Below, one piece after another: positions 8,201 to 16,176 of a stretch of 26,073 nucleotides of DNA (position 1 is the first letter of the stretch; the number at the start of each line of letters is the position of its first letter). Source of the DNA: a virus; IMG/VR virus record IMGVR_UViG_3300011115_000073, positions 1 through 26,073 of that record; one strand, given 5' to 3'. A model generated the notes under the pieces. It was not told where the DNA came from. It was given only the letters and a program-made list of their open reading frames with translations, and did not search any database. Position numbers and translations under genes: made by a program.

Positions 8201-9305
8201 GCAACTCACGATGTGGAAATTCAACTTCAACTGCGTTATACATGCTGTCCAAGTTGGTGCCTGTTAAATCAATACCTGAAATAATGTTGCTGTCATCAAA
8301 TGCTAAAACTGCTGACTCATCTTTGTTGATTGTAACTCCCCAGAGTCCAGTGGCAATGTCATAACCAACAAAACAACCTGCGTTGCCTGCCAGTCTTTGT
8401 AGATTGTTCATTACATTGTCAGAAGGATTGATTACACCATTAATTTGATAACGATTGGCTAGAGTTTTTGTTGCACCATCTGCTTCATCATAATAACTTA
8501 TTGTATCATCAGCATAACCATTCAGTGCCACTAGACTGGCTGTGTCAATTTGACTTATTGCTAGTCCAGCACCACTGATCTTGTTGCGTAGAAATGCATA
8601 AATGGCATCACCAGGCTTGAACAAGTTGTTGCTGACTTTGAATTGTAAATCAGGCAATCCTGTGATGCCTTTATCTCTGTTGTAAGAAATTTTAACAAGT
8701 GCAAATGTCAAACCTATCATGCGTTCATCACTGACCCAACCTGGCATTAGCGTTCTAGCATCACCATGTAGTGTTGGCAAACTAGGCAAGTAGTTTAACA
8801 AGTCACTGGGGCGTATTGCATTTGCCGCACCATTGTATAGATAAATCTTAACCAAGTCTCTGGGACTTGTATCAACCACACCATCTTGATTAACCAAGTA
8901 ATCAATTGTGATACCATCTGCTTTAAAATATACTCTTTGATTGTTCCAATATATTTCATCCACTGTGGTTGTGATGGTAGCACCATCACTGAGTCTTAAA
9001 GTTGTTGTTGTTGGGACTTCACTCAAGGTCAAGCAATACCACATGGTCTTATTTGAGTCAACCAGTTGTGCATCAGTGATCTTACCACCCAAATAAGCAC
9101 TACCATACACTACTGGGATTGGGTTTGTTGTGTCTGGGGCAACTTGTAAGCGTATGCCTTGATCTACTGCACCTGCTGTATTGGTATTGCCTGTTGCCTT
9201 GTTAATAAGTCTACTAACGCCATAAGCAACCAAGATGCGAACTATAGCACTACCAATGTTTGAACTACCTATTGCAGCCGCTGCCGCTGTTAAAAAACTT
9301 GCCAT
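5226..9305 (-). CDS. Giant central tail-tip / host-specificity protein (1359 aa), lambda-J-like N-terminal half fused to a C-terminal Asp-box-containing domain
   Basis: The N-terminus has NPIPVVYGSAYLGGKI, typical of J-like tip proteins. An FN3-like segment covers aa ~505-605. Then come a hydrophobic helix (aa ~626-656), a G7 run (aa 764-770) and three SxDxGxxW-like motifs: YWSNDTITW, YSTDGKNW, YSTNGLNW. Confidence 0.8.
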   Translation of the reverse strand: MASFLTAAAAAIGSSNIGSAIVRILVAYGVSRLINKATGNTNTAGAVDQGIRLQVAPDTTNPIPVVYGSAYLGGKITDAQLVDSNKTMWYCLTLSEVPTTTTLRLSDGATITTTVDEIYWNNQRVYFKADGITIDYLVNQDGVVDTSPRDLVKIYLYNGAANAIRPSDLLNYLPSLPTLHGDARTLMPGWVSDERMIGLTFALVKISYNRDKGITGLPDLQFKVSNNLFKPGDAIYAFLRNKISGAGLAISQIDTASLVALNGYADDTISYYDEADGATKTLANRYQINGVINPSDNVMNNLQRLAGNAGCFVGYDIATGLWGVTINKDESAVLAFDDSNIISGIDLTGTNLDSMYNAVEVEFPHRELRDQMDMIRIDLPTEYRNANEPDNILQLKLDLINEPLQARSLGYLELYQNRMDQVVTFTTDYSKINTEAGDVITITTDVYGWTLKPFRVVRVREIESDSGGLAVEITAQEYDSTMYTAGGVPRRPRVPTEAIAIPDIAVIGTPAAPTVAELNNVAVPALDITGVTPAGIVDRFEYWYSSDAGTTYKVLGSRSNSNGSPYAQGTSLTFRAASLPAGSYLFKVRGGNEKAFGDFSATVAKTWAPVQVTDQVTDKTTIDTPSLGDLLPVLGMGAIAYFAYKAFAPQALAALSQTDLGKLLGIVDPADIVAAQAALEQQAAAFRIINAGNVSFSAGVDDTLTFLAGAGISITSNDIGHEITISATGETTAGVSKIIAGTGITIAPTTGIGDVTISVSGSTGGGGGGGVVDGGGATSGSYILNGSIFPCKYTTTNGSTNKTAIFTHGNLVFANSSYSGVIPASNIVTPNTILSPITDYASSYLYYSTCTYNSAVGLQNQAWSAWTKWKPSATITEQYISGYTNPPPAVPITYSVDGEYIGGGASVKIPDVNNGINYDSFIPNLPIYSTRYSQQVYQTVKVAAGQMVVFGGCNVDLGDSVAFSTNTIFGIQTATYVTSGATGYPFTGVKSVTNGSIYVSPDPTEVDKLYWSNDTITWNKVKDVTFEGTAITDYVYKDVFKLLPYNSVIGKFIAYRYFTQANATQVNATAYSTDGKNWTESSTGFPGGAQLNSFKSNNTSGEYIGWNPNETSSNSGSTMYYSTNGLNWSLFPSVVSGIFAPTNTSDYPTGDRIYPVPGSNRWVCKLNYFTLTTPTKGAYTFNSGVQSIEQYVQALGAATGKINTDPFWNSYTVKTTLSRKLTVIPISATSFYVMAESNFNKWSKPGENPDTSLTMSDNLGTVYGTYTISGNTITASSFTRTYTAPPAEPAGSITTLATGVTRTTNYDVPIAYATVYHYPGVSGTPAIYRTGYYGIGSTNLSVLYGSAVSTVSYTVRFST

Positions 9306-9311
9306 TCTATT

Positions 9312-9761
9312 CTATTCCTTAATCCAATGCTGTTCCACACAACGCCATCCACGCTTGTCAAGATTGACATTTGTGCTGCCTGGTTGTGTGCTCAGACTAA
9401 CCTGATCTACCAATTTATCTCGTATAAATCTTTCACAATCTCGTTCCCACTGCAGATATAATTCTGCACTACTTCTACTACCCCGTGAACTTGGTTCAAC
9501 CCACCAAAACAATTCACGCATCCTGGTGCGACTTCCAATCCAAGGATCTTGTTCTTTCATTGCACCTATCATACCTGTTACCGCACCATCATCTTCAGCA
9601 ACCATGAGATAGTGATACAGTATAATATTAGTTAGTCGCTCACGAGCACATGATAAATCTTGTGCTGTCCAGGAGTTATAATCTAATAAACTGGCACCAG
9701 CAAATGCTTTCAACAACTGTAACAGTTGTTCCACATCAGCAACTCTGGCTGGTCTAATCAT
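9312..9761 (-). CDS. GNAT-family N-acetyltransferase (149 aa) embedded in the tail-tip module
   Basis: IRPARVADVEQLLQLL (beta1/alpha1), MVAEDDGAVTGMIGA (beta strands), LFWWVEPSSRGSRSSAELYLQWE (motif A, R-G-x-x-x-S) and LDKRGWRCV near the C-terminus. ATGA overlap with the upstream gene at 9758-9761. Confidence 0.65.
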   Translation of the reverse strand: MIRPARVADVEQLLQLLKAFAGASLLDYNSWTAQDLSCARERLTNIILYHYLMVAEDDGAVTGMIGAMKEQDPWIGSRTRMRELFWWVEPSSRGSRSSAELYLQWERDCERFIRDKLVDQVSLSTQPGSTNVNLDKRGWRCVEQHWIKE

Positions 9762-10621
9762 GCTACCGCCAAGGGCTTACCAAAGTCAAAGTTTGAGTTG
9801 GCAATAGTGGCCACACGGCCAAATGCCGCATCATTACCACGATAATATGTTCCAGGCGTTGTAACTGTTACACTTGATACTTTATTTGCTGTGACAACTG
9901 CTGTAATCCTAGCACCTGTGGCTGAAGTTGAATCTGTTGTTGTAACTGTCAGATTAGTGTATGTGCCATTGGTATAACCTGTGCCTGGTTCTATATCATC
10001 TATTGAGACAATGGCACCATTCGTGTTTGTAGTTGCTATTCTAAAACTAAAACCTGTGCCACCTGTTATAGCGGCGGTGCATAAAAAGCCTGGAAAGTTA
10101 TACTTGCGTTCAGAATCATTGGTTCTTTGACCAACAATCTTTTGTTCCAATACTTTAACAATGCTACTGCAACTTACACTCACAGTTGTGGTTGCTGATT
10201 CACTGAACTGATTGAACTCATCATTGAAACTGTAGTTGGCAATGATACCTTGAAAGCGTAAACTTGGATTGCCTGTAATGTTTAACTTTACACCAGAGTA
10301 GTAGTCAAAAAACACACGATAGATAGTAACACTACTGCCTTTGAGTTTATAATCCATCATGCTGGCAACAAATGCTTGATCAATGGCACTCATTGAAATA
10401 GTAACATCACTACCACTGGGTGTAAGTTCATTGTTAAATTCACTGATGCCAAGTAGAATACCTAGAGGTGAATATGTGTAAGCAACATTATCACTTTCAG
10501 TAATACTAAAAGGCACATCATGGCTGCTGAAACGCAATATGCCATAGTTGGGGATTACCATGCGAACAAATGCCGCTTGCTTGACTGCTGAGTAAGAACT
10601 TAAATTAAGACCTGTGCTCAT
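9758..10621 (-). CDS. Tail-tip hub / minor tail protein (287 aa)
   Basis: Second gene after the tape measure. TAATG coupling at 10621. N-terminal pattern VRMVIPNYGILRFSSHDVPFSI...YTYSPLGIL resembles the hub proteins of GTA-like/siphovirus tail tips. Confidence 0.55.
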   Translation of the reverse strand: MSTGLNLSSYSAVKQAAFVRMVIPNYGILRFSSHDVPFSITESDNVAYTYSPLGILLGISEFNNELTPSGSDVTISMSAIDQAFVASMMDYKLKGSSVTIYRVFFDYYSGVKLNITGNPSLRFQGIIANYSFNDEFNQFSESATTTVSVSCSSIVKVLEQKIVGQRTNDSERKYNFPGFLCTAAITGGTGFSFRIATTNTNGAIVSIDDIEPGTGYTNGTYTNLTVTTTDSTSATGARITAVVTANKVSSVTVTTPGTYYRGNDAAFGRVATIANSNFDFGKPLAVA

Positions 10622-11262
10622 TATACCACCTCTTGAAATTCAAAGTTGCCATTAAACTCAATAAGATCTTTTTCAACAAATGTCCATGTTGGTAGTTTAG
10701 TGCAGATAACAGTCCATGTCACTGCTGGACCAACTTTAAATGTCACTGCTGTGTCACTTGGTGTGCTTAAGATACTTCTATGAACTTCAACCAATTGTGT
10801 TGCGGCACTACCTTTAGTAACTGCACTCACTGTGCTATAAACATAATTGCTACCAGTAGGTTGAATCAAATCACCTGCTCTAAACAGCACAGCACCTGTA
10901 GAACCTGGCATATTGCCTAGTTCAAACTTATAGGTATTACTGGCAGCCTGTGCGGCATTATATTTCCAAGTCATTGTAGTTGTTGAAGTTGCATCACCAC
11001 GATACTTGACCATCCAATCATAACCAGTCTTGGCCAGGTTGATAGTTTGACTTTCTAACATGGCCTTGGTATCAATGCTTTCTATATAGCCGCGGTGTGT
11101 GTTCCATACCATGCGTCCAGGCATTGACACAGCAAACTTCCAAACTGCACCTCCGCGGCTCACACTACGAATCTTTTGATCACGACTGACAGTTTGACTT
11201 ATCACTGGTCGTTTTGTTATGCTGATGTCCTCAGCATTATCTATTACCCATTGAAAACTCAT
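10621..11262 (-). CDS. Distal tail protein candidate (213 aa)
   Basis: First gene after the tape measure, with the size and position of a Dit-type protein. Function assigned by position only. Confidence 0.5.
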   Translation of the reverse strand: MSFQWVIDNAEDISITKRPVISQTVSRDQKIRSVSRGGAVWKFAVSMPGRMVWNTHRGYIESIDTKAMLESQTINLAKTGYDWMVKYRGDATSTTTMTWKYNAAQAASNTYKFELGNMPGSTGAVLFRAGDLIQPTGSNYVYSTVSAVTKGSAATQLVEVHRSILSTPSDTAVTFKVGPAVTWTVICTKLPTWTFVEKDLIEFNGNFEFQEVV

Positions 11263-11265
11263 ATC

Positions 11266-13620
11266 TTATCTCCTACCACTTGGGATTGAACTGCGACCTT
11301 TCTCAGTCACAGCATATAAAAACTCTGGATCTCGTGCAATCATTTGACGGAAACTTGCGGAATCATTGGCAACAATATTATAAATTACATTGGTTCCACT
11401 GCCACCTCTACCACCACTCAATTGGTTGTTGGGAATGATAGTTCCAGCACTCTTGCTTAAAAATAATTCAGGCCCGTTTTCTCCTACCATGTAAGGTGTA
11501 TTGGCAGCAACTGGACCACCACTTGCTCTACCACTCAACATTGAAAAGAAGTTGCCAATGCCACTGCCAGTTCCACCACCACCAAATAGCCCCAATGCCA
11601 ACTGCTTGGCTTGTATGCGAACAAAGTCAGCAATGATACTGTTGGCTAGATCTTTGAAACTTAGTTTACCTGTTTTGACAAAGTTAACAATGGCATCTTC
11701 AAAGCCTTTGCTGAATGTTGAAAAATAACCTTGTGCTTGCTTGCTGGCATTGTTGGCATCTTCAGCATATTGTTTGTATGCTTGTGCCCAACCTGTTCCA
11801 AACTCACGACTCTTATCAATTTGTTCTTGTGTTTGCTTGGCCTGTCCATCATAAAAGTCAGTGATTTGTTTTTTAATTTCAGCAATGCGTTCTGGTTTAA
11901 TGGGAACCAGTTCACCATCTTTCCTACCCAACTTTGATTGTTCTTCTTGTAGTTTCTGAGCAATGGCCAATTCTTTTTGTAGTTTGATAGCCTCAATAAG
12001 TTTTTCATTTTCAGTTGAGGTAAGTCCAATTAATTCGCCCTTGGCTGTAATGGCACTTAGTTGTGCTTGGTTGGTTAGCCCCAAGGCAAATTGATATGCG
12101 GCTTCACTGTTGCGTATTTCCTGAACTCCAAGAACACTTTCTTTGTTGGTTTTTAATGCAATTTCAGTTTGTTCTTTAACAAAGCCAATAGCCTTGGCAT
12201 TGGCACGCAATTTGTCTTCTGCTGTTGGATCAATGCCCAGAGTTAATTTAATTTTCTCAGCATCTTGTTGTAGGCCAATCACTTGCATACGGCTTCTTGT
12301 TAATACTGCTTCTTGTTGTTGATACAATTCAAGATTATCTTGTCCTAAACCAGTGCCACGCAATTGTATTGCCAACTGATGATCTGCTTCAATATTGCCT
12401 CTAGTAAAGTTCTCTACCAATTGTGTATATTGTAGGTTTGATGCGGCAATTTGTTCAGCAATTTTTGATTCAAGATTATAAAGTTCCAACTGACCTTTGG
12501 CCTGAGCGGCACTTGTTCTTGCGGATATTTCTGCGGCCCGTTGATTAGCACCTTCAGGCCCTGATAACTGTTTGTTGCTGTTTACATCTGCTGTGATTCT
12601 GGCAATCTCTGCTGCCATGTTTGCGGCAATTTTAATTTTCTCATCACGAGTCATTAATGCCAATTGTAAACTATAAGCGGCATCAGCGTCAGCAATGCGT
12701 TTGTTACTGGCTTCTACTGCATCTTTATTAAGATTGCCAGCGGCTCCAGGTGTTGTTGGAGCAGGTGCTCTGTTTAGTAGTCTACGATTTTCACTGTCTA
12801 CTTCGCTTTGTGGCAAGAAAGTTGGTGTCTTGATACCTAACGCATTTTGAATGTTTTTCTTAATGCTGTTGTATAACTTTTCACTGGCATCAAATGCGTT
12901 GTTGATATCAAGTGCTAGTTCACCAAAGAATGTTAAAAACTTGGTTTCTAGTGTGGCTTTGAAGGCTTTAATAGCATCATTGTATTTGTTGAGTGCGGCA
13001 ACTTGTTCATCAGTAACAGCGTTCTTACCTGCTGATACTTTTGACCAATCAATCTTGCTGGCTTCTTTGCCCATTAAACTAACAGCCAGTCTTGCTCGTT
13101 CAGCAGGATCAGCAATTTGTCCTAGACTAGCAATGGTGTCTTGTAAGATTGCTTCACTGCTTCTTAGTTTACCATTTACATCAACGGTGTTGACACCCAG
13201 GGCTCTAAATGAATCTTTGTAGGCCACATTGCCATCTGCGGCTTCACCAATGCTGACACTTAGTTTACTGGCAAACTTTTCAAATGAATCTAGGCTACCG
13301 CCAGCGTTGACCAAGGTCTGTTTAAAGTTTAACAAGTTGCTGGCACCAATGCCTGTGGCATCACTTAGATCACCTAAACTATCAGCAAGACTTAAGGCCT
13401 TGCCACCCAACACTGAGAACACGGCAGCGGCTGCGGCGGCTGCTATTCCAACTGGTCCTAACTTACTGACAATGCCTGTCAAGACATTGCCTAGTGCTCC
13501 ACCAGAAGGGATCAATCCCTCCATGTCTTTGCCTAAGTTTTTAATATTGTCGCCTGCGGCTTTGATACCAGCCGCACCTTCAGTCTTAAACCTTAGAATG
13601 AAATCTTCAATTGTTGCCAT
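11266..13620 (-). CDS. Tail tape measure protein (784 aa)
   Basis: Long, Ala/Gln/Lys-rich helical protein downstream of the chaperones. Hydrophobic GPVGIAAAAAAAVFSVLGG segment near the N-terminus. C-terminal motif GGPVAANTPYMVGENGPELFLSKSAGTIIPN is typical of tape measures. Confidence 0.9.
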   Translation of the reverse strand: MATIEDFILRFKTEGAAGIKAAGDNIKNLGKDMEGLIPSGGALGNVLTGIVSKLGPVGIAAAAAAAVFSVLGGKALSLADSLGDLSDATGIGASNLLNFKQTLVNAGGSLDSFEKFASKLSVSIGEAADGNVAYKDSFRALGVNTVDVNGKLRSSEAILQDTIASLGQIADPAERARLAVSLMGKEASKIDWSKVSAGKNAVTDEQVAALNKYNDAIKAFKATLETKFLTFFGELALDINNAFDASEKLYNSIKKNIQNALGIKTPTFLPQSEVDSENRRLLNRAPAPTTPGAAGNLNKDAVEASNKRIADADAAYSLQLALMTRDEKIKIAANMAAEIARITADVNSNKQLSGPEGANQRAAEISARTSAAQAKGQLELYNLESKIAEQIAASNLQYTQLVENFTRGNIEADHQLAIQLRGTGLGQDNLELYQQQEAVLTRSRMQVIGLQQDAEKIKLTLGIDPTAEDKLRANAKAIGFVKEQTEIALKTNKESVLGVQEIRNSEAAYQFALGLTNQAQLSAITAKGELIGLTSTENEKLIEAIKLQKELAIAQKLQEEQSKLGRKDGELVPIKPERIAEIKKQITDFYDGQAKQTQEQIDKSREFGTGWAQAYKQYAEDANNASKQAQGYFSTFSKGFEDAIVNFVKTGKLSFKDLANSIIADFVRIQAKQLALGLFGGGGTGSGIGNFFSMLSGRASGGPVAANTPYMVGENGPELFLSKSAGTIIPNNQLSGGRGGSGTNVIYNIVANDSASFRQMIARDPEFLYAVTEKGRSSIPSGRR

Positions 13621-13621
13621 T

Positions 13622-13897
13622 TTATTTTCCTAACTTTTTAATTTCAGCACGGATGAACTTTTCAGTTGGCTTGGTCATGCCCTTTCCACCGTTTTGTTTA
13701 CTCCACCCATTATCCAGGCGTTGAGCATAAGGATAGTTGGCTTGAATCTCATCACCTTTCAACACAGTTGAGCGTTGAGCGTTGTAAGTATCGTGAGGAG
13801 TTATATTTTTAAAGAAGGCGTAGGCCTTGGCAGCCAGGTTCTTGCTAGCCAAGTCCGTTGACAACTGCTGTATGCGTTTGTTGATTTCTCCAGCCAT
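13622..13897 (-). CDS. Hypothetical protein (91 aa) between the chaperone frameshift product and the tape measure
   Basis: The ATG at 13897 lies immediately after the TGA that ends the -1 frame. Its stop is 1 nt before the tape measure ATG. No firm motif. Confidence 0.6.
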   Translation of the reverse strand: MAGEINKRIQQLSTDLASKNLAAKAYAFFKNITPHDTYNAQRSTVLKGDEIQANYPYAQRLDNGWSKQNGGKGMTKPTEKFIRAEIKKLGK

Positions 13898-13898
13898 T

Positions 13899-14431
13899 TC
13901 ATTTCTTTCCTATAATCTCCAACAACTGCTCTTGCGAGTATTGGGGTGCTACGCCATTCACTTCATCTCTTTGGTGTTGTTCCCATGTTAAACTAACATC
14001 ATACACCTGCAGATCAAATGTTGTGGCCCTATTAATTACATCACTAGGTAAAACTCCATAATGCTTGGCCATGGCACCTATTGTAATTAACTTGACTGTT
14101 GCCCAGTCACTACTGTTGATGACATGGCCTTTGACTTTCCCAAGTTTTCATTTATCTTTACCAATGCGGCAAAACAAATGTCCACTGGCAACATGTCATC
14201 TTCTTTTAATACTGGTTGACCTGATTCATTCAAAACAATCTTACGAATCAGTTTATTCAATTCTGTTCCATCCTCATCCTGCTGAACTTTAAAAAAGTTA
14301 AAGTAGGTATTGAGGTCTATATTATCATACATGTAGAATGTGATGGTATCCCCGTAGGTCTCTACAATCTTGGGATCATCAAGATCCATTCTAATCAGTG
14401 TGGGTTTTTTTGCGACTTCGCTTATTAACAT
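13899..14431 (-). CDS. Tail assembly chaperone frameshift product, GT-like (~177 aa, -1 shift at 14135-14141)
   Basis: The -1 frame is open from just upstream of the heptamer to the TGA at 13899-13901. Frame arithmetic was checked: G codons start at coordinates congruent to 1 mod 3, and T codons at 2 mod 3. Confidence 0.6.
14087..14431 (-). CDS. Tail assembly chaperone, G-like (114 aa)
   Basis: Acidic small protein between tail tube and tape measure. It contains the slippery heptamer in frame near its 3' end. Confidence 0.75.
   Translation of the reverse strand: MLISEVAKKPTLIRMDLDDPKIVETYGDTITFYMYDNIDLNTYFNFFKVQQDEDGTELNKLIRKIVLNESGQPVLKEDDMLPVDICFAALVKINENLGKSKAMSSTVVTGQQSS
14135..14141 (-). 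promoter_or_regulatory. Programmed -1 ribosomal frameshift heptamer G GGA AAG
   Basis: The minus strand reads TTG GGA AAG TCA in the zero frame (X XXY YYZ). This is the same heptamer as the phage lambda G/GT site. Five nt downstream, GGCCATG (14123-14129) can pair with CATGGCC (14067-14073), enclosing a TGACTG/CAGTCA hairpin. Confidence 0.65.
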
Positions 14432-14434
14432 ATC

Positions 14435-14605
14435 TTATTTTCCAATCTTATCTTTTAAATGATGTATGGTGCTTAGTAGAAAACGCAATCTTGCGTCTGC
14501 TTGTTCCAAGTCCTTACGACTGCACTTTAGTTCTGCAATGCATTTGGCTGCTTCTGCTTCCATGCTCTTGAGAATATCTTCAGTGCTCAACTTATCAAAA
14601 ATCAT
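14435..14605 (-). CDS. Small coiled-coil protein (56 aa), missing from the ORF track
   Basis: Perfect AGGAGG lies 6 nt upstream of the ATG at 14605. Hand translation: MIFDKLSTEDILKSMEAEAAKCIAELKCSRKDLEQADARLRFLLSTIHHLKDKIGK. The stop is 3 nt before the next ATG. Confidence 0.6.
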   Translation of the reverse strand: MIFDKLSTEDILKSMEAEAAKCIAELKCSRKDLEQADARLRFLLSTIHHLKDKIGK

Positions 14606-14640
14606 AACTTACCTCCTAGGGCTAGTTACAGATATTTAGT

Positions 14641-14670
14641 CCATGACAAAGCCCCCAGGGTAGGGGGCTT
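14641..14670 (-). terminator. Hairpin / partial terminator after the tail tube gene
   Basis: AAGCCCCC-UACCCU-GGGGGCUU (8-bp GC-rich stem) followed by a weak UUUGU tract. Likely attenuating rather than complete, because essential tail genes lie downstream. Confidence 0.5.
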
Positions 14671-14696
14671 CTATCACTTTATTAACTTGTGGTTAA

Positions 14697-15248
14697 TTAA
14701 GCAATGTTGGCCAATGTATAATCCCCGTTGCATTCTATGGTAAGAGGACTGGTCCATACTGGCGAATCTGCACTAACTTTTGGAGCCAGGCTAGATACAA
14801 AGCCATTACCCATGATTAAGTAGTTGTCAGGAGTTTGTCCAGTAGTAGCACCACTTGGAGCAATCATGAATGCCACTTGTGTGCGACTGTTGCTTAGACC
14901 AAATACACCTGCTGTAACTGCTGTTGTAGTTGCACCAGTTGTTCCAAAGAACAGGGTTGGGTCAAGCACAAAGTTACCACTTAGGCTGTTGGTTGAAACT
15001 GTAGTAATTACAGATTCACCAGACTGGTCAAGTTGCTTCCAACGGAATGAACCGTTTGCATTGTTGATAGTTACATCTTGTAGACCTGTTAATTCAATGG
15101 CTCCTGCAACCAGTGTCAAAGCACCAGTAGCAGAATCAACAGCACTATAAAAGTCACTGGCCGTTAAGACCGCGTGTGCTGTTGCATCATACTTAACAAG
15201 AACAAGTTTAACGCGATTTACCGCGGTAGTTGCATTAATATATGCCAT
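14697..15248 (-). CDS. Major tail tube protein (183 aa)
   Basis: AAGGAAC RBS. Size, beta-rich Thr/Ala/Val composition, position upstream of the chaperones, and a downstream hairpin. Confidence 0.7.
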   Translation of the reverse strand: MAYINATTAVNRVKLVLVKYDATAHAVLTASDFYSAVDSATGALTLVAGAIELTGLQDVTINNANGSFRWKQLDQSGESVITTVSTNSLSGNFVLDPTLFFGTTGATTTAVTAGVFGLSNSRTQVAFMIAPSGATTGQTPDNYLIMGNGFVSSLAPKVSADSPVWTSPLTIECNGDYTLANIA

Positions 15249-15259
15249 TTTTTTGTTCC

Positions 15260-15652
15260 TTAATTAATTGTGTAAAACCTATACTCAAAAGTATAAGTTA
15301 CGACATCTCTGTCTATAGAAGCATCATAATCAAATTCTTTTCTGAAAGATGTTGGTATGTTGCTCAAATCTTTTGCTACTCTTAAAGTAGTCAGGGTTGT
15401 ATCAAGATCGCTGGGTCTATTCTTGGCGTCTACTGCAAGATATCCTTGGACTGTTGTTACAGTTTCCATGATATCATCGCCATCAAGCACCTGAATGACT
15501 GGAGTCTGTTTAGTGGTTGGTTCATCAAGATAAACTCGTTTCTTGTTGGTCAGGTATAAAGGACTATCTCCTTGTGCCCAAGGCAACTCTGGTGAGGTAG
15601 TAATGCCACCCGCCAGGTTTGCTTTAAGATAATTTAATAGTTCTGTTCTCAT
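15260..15652 (-). CDS. Head-tail joining / neck protein candidate (130 aa)
   Basis: ATGA overlap with the upstream gene at 15649-15652. Position between capsid and tail tube. Confidence 0.5.
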   Translation of the reverse strand: MRTELLNYLKANLAGGITTSPELPWAQGDSPLYLTNKKRVYLDEPTTKQTPVIQVLDGDDIMETVTTVQGYLAVDAKNRPSDLDTTLTTLRVAKDLSNIPTSFRKEFDYDASIDRDVVTYTFEYRFYTIN

Positions 15653-16155
15653 CTTACACGAATCAAGTTTAATTTACTTGGAGCCTTATCACTTGTATTA
15701 ACTGTGCCGTCACCAGCAAAGTCATAAAAGTCTCCCGCCTCAATCAATTCCACAAACAACTTTTCACTCTTATCTTCATAATACTTGATCTTTTGAACTT
15801 CAGCACTATCTAGATTTGAAAAGTCTGCTACCTTTGGCAAAATATATTCTGCTAAGGCCAAGTATACACACAAGTCAGTAAAGTCTGATTTGCGTGATAC
15901 TATTCTTGCGGCATTGACTGGGGGAATTAGTCTGACATCATTCTTCAAAGAGGCATCACGAGTGAATTGGTAATCTTTCCACCATCCACTGCTTTTAATG
16001 CGTGTCAGTAATCTCTCACTGGCACGAATCAATGCATCTTCTACAACAACATCAGACAATCCCTCATTACCTTCAAATAACCTTTGGTCGCGATCCACTA
16101 CATCCTGGTAGTCCGCAAAACTGCGAACCGTTGTTCCTGAAATAATAAACGACAT
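15649..16155 (-). CDS. Head-tail connector / adaptor candidate (168 aa)
   Basis: First gene after the major capsid gene. Function assigned by position only. Confidence 0.5.
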   Translation of the reverse strand: MSFIISGTTVRSFADYQDVVDRDQRLFEGNEGLSDVVVEDALIRASERLLTRIKSSGWWKDYQFTRDASLKNDVRLIPPVNAARIVSRKSDFTDLCVYLALAEYILPKVADFSNLDSAEVQKIKYYEDKSEKLFVELIEAGDFYDFAGDGTVNTSDKAPSKLNLIRVR

Positions 16156-16176
16156 CGTGACCTACTTTATTGATTA

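Noticed and set aside
2222-9305. Diversity-generating retroelement targeting the fibre or tip protein
   Set aside because: No reverse transcriptase gene exists in this complete genome. The fibre repeats are in-frame protein repeats, not a template/variable pair with adenine-specific mismatches.
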